DNA from: an uncultured Verrucomicrobiae bacterium
GTDB lineage: Bacteria; Verrucomicrobiota; Verrucomicrobiia; Chthoniobacterales; UBA10450
Assembly: GCA_963801815.1 (NCBI GenBank)
Contig: CAWDGJ010000003.1
Location: forward strand, 544,001-608,000
Direction: 5' to 3'
Length of the DNA: 64,000 nucleotides
The number at the start of each line of letters is the position of its first letter. Within the stretch, counting starts at the first letter, position 1. The notes beneath the pieces were generated by a model. The model made no database searches. It saw nothing but the letters and a program-made list of their open reading frames with translations, and had not been told where the DNA came from. Below are positions 40,442-50,961 of the stretch, piece after piece. The position numbers and the translations under genes were made by a program.

Positions 40442-41399
40442 AGTTTGCCACAGCGAAATAAAAAACGCCAAACCACTGGTTATCGTCGGTCCAAACCCGC
40501 TGGAATTCGAACCCAGCCTGGCGCGCCAGCATGGTGAAACCGCCGATTGTGTGTTTGTAGGAATATTCAGTCAGAATTTTTTCCCCGGCGCGAAATTGAA
40601 AACTATGGTCGCCGATTCGGACAGTTTGATTGGTTTCGCTAATCAAAAAGATTTCAACACGCCCCTCGGCTGAATTGTAAATGGCGTAATGTTGCCAGTG
40701 GGCGAGATCGAAATCGCCCTCGAGCTCCCGATTGATCCGCGCGAGCAGATTCTTGTTGAACTTTGCGGTCACGCCGGCCCTGTCGTTGTAAGCGGACTCG
40801 ATGACTTGCCGATCTTTCTGGAGATCGACGCCGATCAGCAAACCTCCGTCTTCGCCAATCATCTCGACCAGACGCGAGAGAAATTCACTGGCATCATCAG
40901 GCTCGAAATTACCAATCGTGGATCCGGGAAAATAAACGACGCTGCGCGACGAGAGTTTTCTCGGCAATGGCAGCTCGAACGGCTCGATGTAATCCGCAGC
41001 GACCGGAAGAATCTGGAGATTGGGGAACATTTTCCGAAACCGCGCGGACGATTTTTCCAATTGCTCTTTCGAGATATCGATCGGGACGTAAACGGCCGGC
41101 CTTTCCAATTCTTCGAGCAGAATTCGTGTTTTTGTTCCGGCACCGGTGCCGAGGCCGATCAATTCGATTTGCGGTCCAAGGGCTTCGGCCATTTCAGCAG
41201 CGTGTGAGCGCAGGATCTCTAGTTCGGTGCGGGTAATGTAGTATTCGGACAGATTGCAGATTTGTTGAAACAACTTTGCCCCCTGTTCGTCGTAAAAGAA
41301 TTTGCACGATAGTTGTCGCGGCGACATGGAGAGGCCGGCCAGAACTTCGTCGCGAAAAATTTTCTTCGCAGCTTCGGCCGCGGTTGTATTTGGTTTCAC
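40437..41399 (-). CDS. egtD: L-histidine N-alpha-methyltransferase
   Basis: KFFYDEQG, EYYITRTE, FPGSTIGN, AYND, TEYSYK; GTGA overlap with egtB. Confidence 0.92.
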   Translation of the reverse strand: MKPNTTAAEAAKKIFRDEVLAGLSMSPRQLSCKFFYDEQGAKLFQQICNLSEYYITRTELEILRSHAAEMAEALGPQIELIGLGTGAGTKTRILLEELERPAVYVPIDISKEQLEKSSARFRKMFPNLQILPVAADYIEPFELPLPRKLSSRSVVYFPGSTIGNFEPDDASEFLSRLVEMIGEDGGLLIGVDLQKDRQVIESAYNDRAGVTAKFNKNLLARINRELEGDFDLAHWQHYAIYNSAEGRVEIFLISETNQTVRIGDHSFQFRAGEKILTEYSYKHTIGGFTMLARQAGFEFQRVWTDDNQWFGVFYFAVANL

Positions 41400-42736
41400 G
41401 ACAAATCGCGCGCCAAACGGATTCCCATGAATTGCCACCGTTTTTCGGGTTGAAAGAAATTCCGGTAGGTTTTGCGAATATGAGTGCGCGACGTAGCGCA
41501 GGAACCACCGCGCAGGACGTATTGATTGCACATGAACTTGCCATTGTATTCGCCGAGGGCGCCCCGTTCAGCGCGGTAGCCGGGATAAGGTGAATAAGAA
41601 CTGCGGGTCCACTCCCAAACGTCACCAAACATCTGCGCGAGTTCGCCGATTTCCGGCGCGCGGTTCAATGCTTCAGGATGAAACCGTTCGGTTTCGACAA
41701 AATTTCCGTCGACTTCGATCTTCTCAGTTGCACGTTCCCACTCAAATTCGGTCGGTAGCCGCGCGCCAGCCCAGTTCGCATAGGCGTCGGCTTCAAAATA
41801 GCTCAGATGCGTGACCGGTTCGTTTGGATCGACTTTGCGCAACCCGGAAAGAGTGAAATTCCACCATTCACCATCCCGCTCGATCCAGTAAAGGGGCGCC
41901 CGCCAGTTTTGTTCGTTAACAGTCATCCAGCCTAACGAAAGCCAGAATTCGGAGCGCGAGTAACCGCGGTCAGTCATAAACTCCAGATATTCACGGTTGG
42001 TGACGAGACGATTCGCAAGCGAGAACGGCAAAACCAGCGCGCGGTGGCGCGGTCCTTCGTTGTCGTAAGAAAATCCGTTTCCGGCGTGACCGATGTCGAT
42101 CGTCACTTCATCAAACTCGACGAACTGGGCAAGACGGTCCGCCGAGCCGTCCGCACGCCGCAGCGCGGCGTCCCTACCTCGAAAAACGGGATAGAGCGGG
42201 TTTTGCGCGAAAACGTGTTTGATGTCAGTGATTAGAAGTTCCTGATGCTGCTGCTCATGGTGAATTCCAAGCGTTAGGACTGGCTCGATCTCCCGAAACA
42301 GCTTTTCGTCGGCGCCCGCTATCAAGTCGTTAAGATCCGAATTCACCGATGCACGATACTTTTTTGTTTCCTCAACCGTCGGTCGTGAAATCAGTCCGCG
42401 TAGATCGCGCCGATGCATGGTGCCGGCGGCGTTGTAGTAGGAGTTGAACAAGTAAGCGTACTCCGGCACGGCGTCCTGATACCCGGTAACCCATTTTTTC
42501 AGAATGAACGTTTCGAAAAACCAGGTCGTGTGCGCGAGATGCCATTTGGCGGGGCTGACGTCAGGCATCGACTGAACAACGCAATCTTCAGCGGCGAGAT
42601 TCTCGGACAGTCTGCCCGTGAAATTCCGGACTTCGTGAAAACGCGCGAGGAGCTTCTCGGCGCCGGAAGAATCCGCCTGCGAACGCGGTGGCGCGGTCGC
42701 TGTCCGGTTTTCTTTGGCGACCGCCGTTTGAATCAA
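41396..42736 (-). CDS. egtB: Ergothioneine sulfoxide synthase EgtB
   Basis: QSMPDVSPAKWHLAHTTWFFE, FNSYY, HHEQQHQE, EYNGKFM, LRGGS, YRNFF. Confidence 0.92.
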   Translation of the reverse strand: MIQTAVAKENRTATAPPRSQADSSGAEKLLARFHEVRNFTGRLSENLAAEDCVVQSMPDVSPAKWHLAHTTWFFETFILKKWVTGYQDAVPEYAYLFNSYYNAAGTMHRRDLRGLISRPTVEETKKYRASVNSDLNDLIAGADEKLFREIEPVLTLGIHHEQQHQELLITDIKHVFAQNPLYPVFRGRDAALRRADGSADRLAQFVEFDEVTIDIGHAGNGFSYDNEGPRHRALVLPFSLANRLVTNREYLEFMTDRGYSRSEFWLSLGWMTVNEQNWRAPLYWIERDGEWWNFTLSGLRKVDPNEPVTHLSYFEADAYANWAGARLPTEFEWERATEKIEVDGNFVETERFHPEALNRAPEIGELAQMFGDVWEWTRSSYSPYPGYRAERGALGEYNGKFMCNQYVLRGGSCATSRTHIRKTYRNFFQPEKRWQFMGIRLARDLS

Positions 42737-43140
42737 GTGATTCCGCCCTCCTGCTCGAGCTCTTCCCGGCGCGCTTCGAGCATTTGATCGCGGGCCGCTT
42801 CCTCCTGTCCGTCGCTCACCAGCGATTCGCCGAGAGTTTTCTCGTCTTCATCAATACCAGGTCGCGGAACTCTATGGCCACGATCATCCGGCGTTACTTC
42901 CCATTCCTCTTCGAGCTTGATGTTCTTGTCGTCCTCTTCCGGCGGCATCGTCTGATTATCACCTAACAACTCCCGGCGAGCCTGAGTCCAGTCCGTGTCG
43001 GTAAATTCATCGGGATCGCGCTCGTCGATCATCGCAATCTCGCGGGCCCGGCGCTCGATATCCTCCGGCGATGGCGCGCCCATTCCATTGCCGTGGACCT
43101 CAATCTTGCCGCCGTTGGTTTCGTCTCGTTGGTTCATCAC
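42733..43140 (-). CDS. Acidic hypothetical protein (DUF2934-like N-terminal motif)
   Basis: EDIERRAREIA...DWTQARREL; overlaps the egtB start. Confidence 0.65.
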   Translation of the reverse strand: MMNQRDETNGGKIEVHGNGMGAPSPEDIERRAREIAMIDERDPDEFTDTDWTQARRELLGDNQTMPPEEDDKNIKLEEEWEVTPDDRGHRVPRPGIDEDEKTLGESLVSDGQEEAARDQMLEARREELEQEGGIT

Positions 43141-43250
43141 TTTAAATTACGAAAGCCGCAGCGTTGCTACGCGCAAAAAGTTACAGCGCGAATCGGCAGC
43201 GGCAAAGAGGATTTTCCTCGCGCCTGGATTCAGCGGATAATCGAAACCCG

Positions 43251-44126
43251 ATGGAGGACTGCAAAGTTTTGTCTCTTACAAACGGAGGCGAGCTCGCTTA
43301 TGTCGAATATGGGAGCCCCAACGGCGTGCCCGTTTTCTTTTTCCACGGCTGGCCAAGCTCGCGAACGATGGGCGAACTGGCTGATGCGGCGGCGCGCCAG
43401 TTGAACGTGAGAATCATTTCGGCAGATCGTCCGGGAATTTGTGATTCAAGCTTTCAACCTCACAGACAACTACTCGATTGGCCCGAGGTTCTGCGGCAGT
43501 TTGCCGATCATCTTGGGATTAACCGGTTCCGCATCCTGGCAATCTCGGGCGGTGCGCCCTACGCATACGCTTCGGGATTGAAATTGCCCGAACGCGTCCA
43601 GGCGATGGCAATCGTCAGTGGCGCGATTCCTTTTGCCGATCTCAACGATCACCGTGGTTTACTTCCACTTTATCGATGGATGATATGGTTCTATCGAAAC
43701 CAGCCGGGTCTGTTGCGTGCATCCTTTCGCCTGGTGCGTCCGATTGTTTCATGGCGAACATCGTTGCGGATGGCGCGAAGTTTTTTGCACACGCTGCCCA
43801 GACCCGATGCGGAAGCGCTTCGAGACAACGCTGCATTCGACATTTGTTTTGAAAGTCAGCGCAGAGCGTGGCGCGGATCCGGTGCCGAGGGCGTTATGGC
43901 CGACGCAGAAATTTATGGGAGACCGTGGGGTTTTCGTTTGGAAGATGTCGATGTTCCAGTGCGGTTGTGGCACGGAAAACAAGACCGCGCATTTTCGTTT
44001 CGCGTCGCCGAGGAAACGGCCAAGCGTTTGCCGGATTGCGTGGCCCGTTATGTGGACAACGAAGGTCATTTTTCGCTTCCGATCCGATACATGCGGGAAA
44101 TCCTGGCCGATTTGATCGCGGTGTAG
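43251..44126 (+). CDS. Alpha/beta hydrolase
   Basis: YVEYGSPNG, FHGWPSSR, DRPG, ISGGAPY, PWGF, EGHFS. Confidence 0.88.
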   Translation: MEDCKVLSLTNGGELAYVEYGSPNGVPVFFFHGWPSSRTMGELADAAARQLNVRIISADRPGICDSSFQPHRQLLDWPEVLRQFADHLGINRFRILAISGGAPYAYASGLKLPERVQAMAIVSGAIPFADLNDHRGLLPLYRWMIWFYRNQPGLLRASFRLVRPIVSWRTSLRMARSFLHTLPRPDAEALRDNAAFDICFESQRRAWRGSGAEGVMADAEIYGRPWGFRLEDVDVPVRLWHGKQDRAFSFRVAEETAKRLPDCVARYVDNEGHFSLPIRYMREILADLIAV

Positions 44127-44144
44127 CTGCCTCTACAGTGCGGG

Positions 44145-45215
44145 GTGGAAGATTTTACCGGAACAATTCAGGACCAGTCGGCGCGGCGGCAGTGGAGTCT
44201 CGAGCAACCCTTCGACGAGCGTGTCCGCCGGCTAGTACGCGATTGGGGCGCAACCAAGACCCCGGAGTTGATCGAGGAGATGATCGTGACTGCGCTGAAA
44301 ATGGCGCGCGATGAAATGAGTGTTGCGGACTTGAAGCTGATGAACCGTTCCCTCAAGGAAATGCGCTATTCAGCGAAAGTCTTTGCCCACTACTCGCGAT
44401 TCCGAAAAGTTGTTGTGTTTGGATCGGCCCGCATTCCGCCCGAAGCGCCGGAATCAAAGGTGGCGGAAGAGTTCGCTCAGAAAATGGTGGCGAATGATTA
44501 CATGATCATCACCGGCGGCGGTGACGGGATTATGGGCGCAGCGCAAAAGGGAGCCGGGCGCGAGCACAGTTTTGGTTTGAACATTCGACTGCCGTTTGAG
44601 CAGCAAGCGAACGAAATCATCGACGGCGACTCGAAGCTCATCAATTTCAATTACTTTTTCGGTCGCAAACTCAATTTCGTGAAGGAATCGCACGCCTTTG
44701 CCCTCTTTCCGGGCGGCTTTGGGACGATGGATGAGACGTTTGAAGTTCTCACCCTGATGCAGACCGGAAAGGCGCGCATTATCCCGGTAGTGATGCTGGA
44801 CCGGCCGGATGGCAATTATTGGGAGATGTGGATGAAATTTCTAACCGAGTATCTTTTCAAACTCGGCTTGGTTTCGCGGGAAGATTTCTCATTCTTCAAA
44901 ATTGCACACAACGTCGATGACGCGGTCCAGGGGATTCTGCAGTTCTACAAAATTTACCACTCGACACGCTGGGTGGGAGATCAGCTTGTGATTCGAATTT
45001 GTCAGCGGCTGTCGAACGGCGCGGTCGCCGATTTGAACAAAAACTTTGCCGACTTGATTCGCGAAGGCGAGATCGTTCAGGGAAGTGCGCTGCGCCCCGA
45101 GAAGAACGAGCCGGAGATCTGGGATCTTCCTCGACTCGTCCTGACCCCTCATCGGGAAAATTTCGGACGACTGCGGCAACTGATCGATGCGATCAACGCT
45201 TCGTCAGTCGCGTAA
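44145..45215 (+). CDS. LOG-family nucleosidase (TIGR00730-like)
   Basis: VFGSAR, ITGGGDGIM, PFEQ, FPGGFGTMDE. Confidence 0.9.
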   Translation: MEDFTGTIQDQSARRQWSLEQPFDERVRRLVRDWGATKTPELIEEMIVTALKMARDEMSVADLKLMNRSLKEMRYSAKVFAHYSRFRKVVVFGSARIPPEAPESKVAEEFAQKMVANDYMIITGGGDGIMGAAQKGAGREHSFGLNIRLPFEQQANEIIDGDSKLINFNYFFGRKLNFVKESHAFALFPGGFGTMDETFEVLTLMQTGKARIIPVVMLDRPDGNYWEMWMKFLTEYLFKLGLVSREDFSFFKIAHNVDDAVQGILQFYKIYHSTRWVGDQLVIRICQRLSNGAVADLNKNFADLIREGEIVQGSALRPEKNEPEIWDLPRLVLTPHRENFGRLRQLIDAINASSVA

Positions 45216-46394
45216 AATCGCCTCGGGATGCGCAATTGGCGCCAGCGGTTCGGGCGCAACTGGGTGCTGCTGAACCATGCGATCTCGGTTTCTGCTCGCT
45301 TCGATTAAGGCAAGATCGACATCGAGCTTGGCCCGCATCATTCGGTCGAAGCAGAAATGCTCGCGCGAGTAACTCAGGCCGTTGGCCGCGCAGCGTTCGG
45401 CGAGACTTTCGTCGGAAAGGAAAAGCAGAATGGCGGTGGCGAGCGCATTGCTGTCGTTTGGCTGAACAATGAGCCCGTTTTCGCCGTGAACGATGATCTC
45501 CGGAACGTCGCCAACGCGCGTGGCGACCACGGGACGGCCACTGGCGAAAGCCTCGCGCAGAACAATCGGTGATGCTTCGGTGTGGCGGGACGCGATGACT
45601 ACCATGTTCGCGGCCGCGAGAATGTCGGGGATATCCCAGCGATATCCCATCATCAAAACATTCCCGTTCAGACCGGCGCGATCGATCGCCTTGCGCACCC
45701 ATTTCTCGCGACTGCGGCCGCCAGTTGCTTCGCCGACGAACACAAAACGGGCATCGGGCCGTTGATGAAGGACGATCCGCGCTGCTTCGACGAGATTGAA
45801 TTGGCCTTTGTCCGGGCGAATCATTCCGACGTTCGCGATGATGGGTGTTTCTGCGGACAAGCCGACCTCGCGCCGGAATTTCATTCGATCGCGGTTTGGC
45901 GAAAATTTATCGAGATCGACGGCCGACCCGATCACTTCAATTTTTTCCGGTGCGATGCCGTACTGTTCGATGAACTCGTTCTTAATGACTTGCGCGTCGG
46001 CGACAATTTTTGCGCAACCATGTTTGTAGATGAAAGCGCGCTGCTTTTTGCCGAGAGGATCGGTGATGCAGCGGGCACGGGTCACCGGCCAGCCGCACAG
46101 AAATAGCGGCAGACAGAGCCAGTGATCTTTTGAACTGTAACTTTTGATCAGATCGACGCGATTGCGGCGACAGAAAAGCCAGATGCGAAACGAAACCAGC
46201 GGATTGATCCGATGCTTGAGCGACATCGGGATGACCGGCGTGCCGAGCTCGCGCGCCTTGGTCATGACTTCGCTCGTCGGGTCGCAAATCAACCAGGCGC
46301 GATGTCCGTTCGCGTTGAGCCAATTGATTTCGAGACAGGTCCGATACTCCTGTCCGCCCCAACTACCGCTGCTCTCGAGATGAAGTAAATTCAC
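45204..46394 (-). CDS. GT4 glycosyltransferase
   Basis: WGGQE, GMIRPDKG, EASPIVLREAFASGRPVVATRVG. Confidence 0.9.
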   Translation of the reverse strand: MNLLHLESSGSWGGQEYRTCLEINWLNANGHRAWLICDPTSEVMTKARELGTPVIPMSLKHRINPLVSFRIWLFCRRNRVDLIKSYSSKDHWLCLPLFLCGWPVTRARCITDPLGKKQRAFIYKHGCAKIVADAQVIKNEFIEQYGIAPEKIEVIGSAVDLDKFSPNRDRMKFRREVGLSAETPIIANVGMIRPDKGQFNLVEAARIVLHQRPDARFVFVGEATGGRSREKWVRKAIDRAGLNGNVLMMGYRWDIPDILAAANMVVIASRHTEASPIVLREAFASGRPVVATRVGDVPEIIVHGENGLIVQPNDSNALATAILLFLSDESLAERCAANGLSYSREHFCFDRMMRAKLDVDLALIEASRNRDRMVQQHPVAPEPLAPIAHPEAILRD

Positions 46395-46690
46395 GCCGAA
46401 TTGTCGACCTTTTTGGCAGTTTGACTGATTTCCCCGCGTTTTTCGAGGATATAATCGTGAATCGTATTGACCGTGCGCAGGGCCTTGCCCGCGACCTCTG
46501 AGTTCGGAACCCCAACCCCAAACGTCTTTTCCATGCTGACCACGAGCTCGAGGGCGTCGATTGAATCCAGCCCGAGGCCATTCGGCCCGAACAAGGGGAG
46601 TTCGTCGCCAATTTGGTCCGTCGTGACCTGCAGCATCAGGTTTTTGACGAGCATCTCCTTAATGCGCGGGCGGAGGTCTTGGTCGGACAT
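46391..46690 (-). CDS. Acyl carrier protein
   Basis: LGLDSIDALEL phosphopantetheine motif. Confidence 0.9.
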   Translation of the reverse strand: MSDQDLRPRIKEMLVKNLMLQVTTDQIGDELPLFGPNGLGLDSIDALELVVSMEKTFGVGVPNSEVAGKALRTVNTIHDYILEKRGEISQTAKKVDNSA

Positions 46691-46803
46691 AGGTTAAGGC
46701 GCGCGAAATTGTCGTAAACGAGCGCGCGGGTCAACTCTGATTAACCGGAGGAACACTCTCCGTCGTGGTCGCACAGGCGGCGCCGGTGGCGCGGCGCAAT
46801 AGC

Positions 46804-47079
46804 TCAGACCTTGTCCGCTGGTTTGGAATCAGGTTGTGAGCCGGACGGTGGACTTTGTGGAACCGTTGATTGGGGAGGGTTCGTCTTGGCCGCAGTATCC
46901 CCGGCCTTGTGAATTTCGTCGGTGAATTCGTCCTTCGCCTTTTGAAACTCTTTGATCGCCTGTCCCAGGCCGCGCGCCAGCTCCGGCAACTTCTTCGCGC
47001 CGAACAGAACGAGAATGATCACGAGAATGACCAACAAATCCGGGCCGCCCAGATTCATGAAACTGGCGAGCAAGTTCAT
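46804..47079 (-). CDS. tatA: Twin-arginine translocase TatA/E subunit
   Basis: [23 protein letters not shown]. Confidence 0.92.
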   Translation of the reverse strand: MNLLASFMNLGGPDLLVILVIILVLFGAKKLPELARGLGQAIKEFQKAKDEFTDEIHKAGDTAAKTNPPQSTVPQSPPSGSQPDSKPADKV

Positions 47080-47275
47080 CTTCAGTGGCAGAACATCCGT
47101 CTCGGGTGACCCGGATGCAAGCCATTTCGGGCTCGACGTCTTGGCTGGGCCGGCTGGTCGTGTTGGCGGGTGGCTAGCCCGAGCTCCTCGCAGCTACCTT
47201 CGCTGCTTAACCGCCTTCCCGCGACGCTCCCGCTGGCGCGTGTTGTGATTTCGCGTGGGAAGCGTAACTTCGCCA

Positions 47276-47749
47276 GTGCAACGAAACCGGGCATTTACGC
47301 TGGTGGAGATCATTATCGCAGTCGCGATCATGGCGACGCTGCTTTTGCTGGCCGTGCCGAGTTTGACGGGCGTGCTGGCCGACCGCAAGTTGCGCGGGTC
47401 GCTCGACGAATTTAATAAACTGGTCCGTCAGGCGCAGGAACGCAGCGTGGCCGAGCACCGCGCGTATCTGCTGATTTGGACGGACAAGAACGTATTTCTG
47501 CAGCCTGAAGCATTCGCGAAAGATGAGGACCAAACGGCGTTGGCGAGGTTTGAACTCGGACACGGAACGATTCTGACGCTGACGTTGCCGGCGGCGCTTT
47601 CCAACAAGCCCGTGGGCGAATGGATATTCTGGCCGACGGGCACGTGCGAACCGGCGATTGTTAGCTTTAAGGGACCTGACGGAACATGGACGGCAAACTA
47701 CTCGCCGCTTACCGCGCATGGCGACCTGACGAATTATGCGGCGAGATAA
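47276..47749 (+). CDS. Type II secretion minor pseudopilin (GspH-like)
   Basis: RAFTLVEIIIAVAI prepilin motif. Confidence 0.8.
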   Translation: MQRNRAFTLVEIIIAVAIMATLLLLAVPSLTGVLADRKLRGSLDEFNKLVRQAQERSVAEHRAYLLIWTDKNVFLQPEAFAKDEDQTALARFELGHGTILTLTLPAALSNKPVGEWIFWPTGTCEPAIVSFKGPDGTWTANYSPLTAHGDLTNYAAR

Positions 47750-47752
47750 GGA

Positions 47753-48172
47753 ATGAAAATCCGAAATCCGAAATCCGAAATCCGAAATTTTTGTCGCGCT
47801 TTCGCGCTGTACGAAGTGTTGATGGGTGTTGCGATCTTCGCTTTGGGCGTGCTCGCGCTTGGCCGCGCGGTCCAAAATTGTTTGAATGCGAGTACTCTCA
47901 ATGCGGAGGAGGAACGCGTTCGTTTGATTCTGACGAACCGAATGGCTGAAGTTCAAACCACGCCCGGACTGCCTGCCGAAGCAAAGGAATTCACGGTTGA
48001 TACAGGTTACGGAAAAGTGCAGCTGATTCAGACCAGTACGCCCGCCGGGTTGAAAGATGACAACGACGCTGAGCTTGCGGGAATGCATCGCGTGCGATTG
48101 ATCGCGAAATGGACGCGCGGCGGAAATCCGCAATCGCAGCAGATTGAATTTTATGTTTATCGCCCCGGTTAA
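47753..48172 (+). CDS. Type II secretion minor pseudopilin (GspI-like)
   Basis: RAFALYEVLMGVAI; leader built from (AAATCCG)x4 heptamers. Confidence 0.75.
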   Translation: MKIRNPKSEIRNFCRAFALYEVLMGVAIFALGVLALGRAVQNCLNASTLNAEEERVRLILTNRMAEVQTTPGLPAEAKEFTVDTGYGKVQLIQTSTPAGLKDDNDAELAGMHRVRLIAKWTRGGNPQSQQIEFYVYRPG

Positions 48173-48773
48173 TCGCCGTCGCGGCTTCACGCTGCTGGAA
48201 ATCATCATCGCGGTGGCAATTCTGGCGACCATGGCGATGTCGATCTACCGCTTCGTTGAATCGAATCTCTCGGCGATAAGCGCGTCATCCAACGCGATTG
48301 CCGCCGACGCGCGTTACGACGGTCTGCTCGAAGTGCTGACTGCGCAGTGGCAGAGTCTGCCTCCGGGAAAGGGAGCGCTCCTTGGCGATTCGTTTAAGTT
48401 GAGTGATCGCCCACGGGACGAGATCAGATGGGTTTGCGGGGCCGGGCCGGGACTGATGACCCGATACGCATCGGGGGAATACAATGTCAGCTTGCGGCTG
48501 CAATCAGAAAAGGACAGCAGCCGATACGATCTCGGTCTTGTACGCAAACCGAAAAGCGATACAGCGCTTAGCGATGTGCACGAAAGCTGGATTCCGTTGA
48601 TCGAAAACGTGACCAGTTTGCAGATTCGTTACTTTGATCCGCGAATAAACACCTGGGTAGAACGTTGGACCGACGCCGGTACGTTGCCGCGACTGGTGAA
48701 ATTGACGATTGGTCGTCCGGATTCTTCGGCGCCTTGGGAAGCGATCGTCCCGCTGGGTCGAACCCCCCTATGA
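48153..48773 (+). CDS. Type II secretion minor pseudopilin (GspJ-like)
   Basis: RGFTLLEIII; C-terminal LQIRYFD...W...LPRLVKLTI. Confidence 0.8.
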   Translation: MFIAPVNRRRGFTLLEIIIAVAILATMAMSIYRFVESNLSAISASSNAIAADARYDGLLEVLTAQWQSLPPGKGALLGDSFKLSDRPRDEIRWVCGAGPGLMTRYASGEYNVSLRLQSEKDSSRYDLGLVRKPKSDTALSDVHESWIPLIENVTSLQIRYFDPRINTWVERWTDAGTLPRLVKLTIGRPDSSAPWEAIVPLGRTPL

Positions 48774-49709
48774 TTCCAAAGAGCGATCAGAGAACTAAGG
48801 TTGGAGGCCAGAAAAACAAATCCGGCGCCGCCATCATGCTCGCGCTTTGGGCGTTGTTTTTGTTGAGCGCGCTGGTGATTTCATGGGCGCTCGATATTAA
48901 TTCGCGGCTCGCAATTTCCGGCGAAGGAACGCGAAGGTTGCAAGCGGAGGCGGTTGCCTGTTCCGGCGCGGAAGTGGCGTTGAATCCTGTCGATCAAGCC
49001 CGGCTCATCGAACTCTAAATGGACAATTGAACAAAGGCGCGATTTACAAGGCACGCCTGACCGGCGAAGGCGGACGTCGACCTGAACTGGCTCGTGGCAG
49101 GCGAAGACCCGACCCGGTTAGAGATTTTGCGTCACTATCTTGAGAATAAAGGGATCGACCTTAATGAACGCGATTTGATGGTTGATTCGCTTCAGGATTG
49201 GATTTCACCGAACATCGGGGTGCACCACTGAATGCGCCGGCCGAAAGTGAGAATTATCATCCGGCCGCACGCGTCACTCGCCCGCGTCGACGAACTGAAG
49301 AAAGTGGCGGGCTGGGCTGAGTTTACATCTGTTCCTGGGTGGGATGATGATTTCACCGTGAATAGCTAAGCGGAATCGATCTCGCGTGGGCGTCGCGCGA
49401 TGTTTTGCTTGCCTTGTGCCGAGACTGACGAACGACATGGTTGACCGATTTCTTGCAGATTCGCCAGGGCCCCGACGGAATTGACGGGACCGAAGATGAC
49501 ATGTATTCCGGAGTCTAGAACGAGGTGCGGCATGCTTGGGCTTAGATCAGCAGCAGATTCCACTGTTGAACGGTTCTAGGCAAACCTTCAACGTGCCGGT
49601 GTACCGCGTTGTCAGCGTCGGGACCGCGGGCAACGCAAAACGGACGGTGCAAATGATGTTCCGGCGCGTCGGCGTGATGCCGCAAGTCATTACCTGGAAG
49701 GAATTTTAG
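48770..49709 (+). CDS. GspK-like pseudopilin (multiple frameshifts, probably errors)
   Basis: SGAAIMLALWALFLL start; DSLQDW and GPDGIDGTEDD segments in other frames. Confidence 0.65.
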
Positions 49710-50961
49710 TGATCGACACCAAGTCCACAAAGCCCAGCCCAGTTTTTATCACGCCGACCGCGCACGGCTGGAATCTTTTGCGCGCGCGCGACAACAACGG
49801 CGCGTGGGATGTGCGCTTGCTTCGCACCCTGGACGAAGTCGTACCGCTCGTGTCGGCCCAGGACGAAATTGTGTTGAGTCTTGCCGGTGGCGGCTGTTCT
49901 CGCGCAACGATTTCGATTGCCGACTGTCGATCCGGCGGAGTTTCCGGAAATGGTGCGGATTCAAATCGAGAAGGCGCTTCCGTTTTCACCCGAGGAAGTT
50001 ACGTCCGACTTCGAATTGATTGAGCAAAACGAAACCGAGAGCGTGATTTCAGCGGTGGCGGTTAGCAACGAGCAGTTGACCGAGATCGCTGCACCATTGC
50101 TCGACAAAGGTGTGATTCCGCAACAGGTCACGGTTTACGCCGCGCAACGCGCGACGACGCATGCGCCGGAAGGGCGCGCGCTGTTGATTTATCCGGAAGG
50201 CGAAACGTTGGTTTCGGCTGTGACCGAAAATGGCAAGGTCAGTCTGACCCGGACCCTGGACGGAATTGCACCCGGAACAATTGCAAATCGGAACTGCCGC
50301 AACTTGCGCATGAGCGCGGAGTTACAGGGCATCAACGCAACGTTCCCGAATGTGTTGCTCGACGAAACGTTGTTACGAATTGCGCGACACCGTTCAGGGA
50401 ATTCTGGACCGCAGACCGGAGCTGGTCGGGATCGAAACTCCGCCAGCCTCGGTAAAGCTGAATCTGTTGCCGGAGAGCTGGCGGCAACGACGCACCCAAC
50501 TGGCCAAGCGCGGCGAATGGCAGAAGCGCTTGACGCTGGTCGGTGCGGTCTACGCCGCGCTCTTTTTGTTGTTCCTGCTTTATCTTGGCTACACCCGGTT
50601 CGCTATCGCCCGCCTCGATCGGTTGATCGCACGCGATGCACCGCCAACGCAATTCATCCGCGAAACCGAAGTAGACTGGAAGTCGCTCGCGCCGGCGATC
50701 GACTCCCGCTTTTACCCGGTTGAGATCCTTTCTCGCCTATCCCAGGATTTGCCGTCGCCCGATGTCCGAATCACTGCTTACAATCAGTCGGCTCGCCAGA
50801 TTTCCGTGGACGGCGAAGCCAATACGGCCCCGCTCGTCTATCAATTCGCTGAAAAAGTGAAAAAGGACAGCGCGTTGCAGAATTTCCGGTTCGACATGGC
50901 CGCTCCGAGGATTTTGCCGAACAACCACGCCCAGTTTCGTTTGGAGGGAAAACCGCGATGA
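49709..50961 (+). CDS. GspL/PilM-PilN-like inner-membrane platform protein (frameshifted)
   Basis: RFRLPT...MVRIQIEKALPFSPEE, LNLLPESW, TM, PilN-like C-terminus. Confidence 0.65.

Noticed and set aside
41396..42736. Selenoneine synthase SenA, given the nearby selenoprotein
   Set aside because: No senB glycosyltransferase or selD/senC is adjacent; motifs and the egtD linkage fit ordinary EgtB.
47080..47275. Structured RNA between tatA and gspH
   Set aside because: GC-rich hairpins are possible, but I could not match any RNA family or a second copy.
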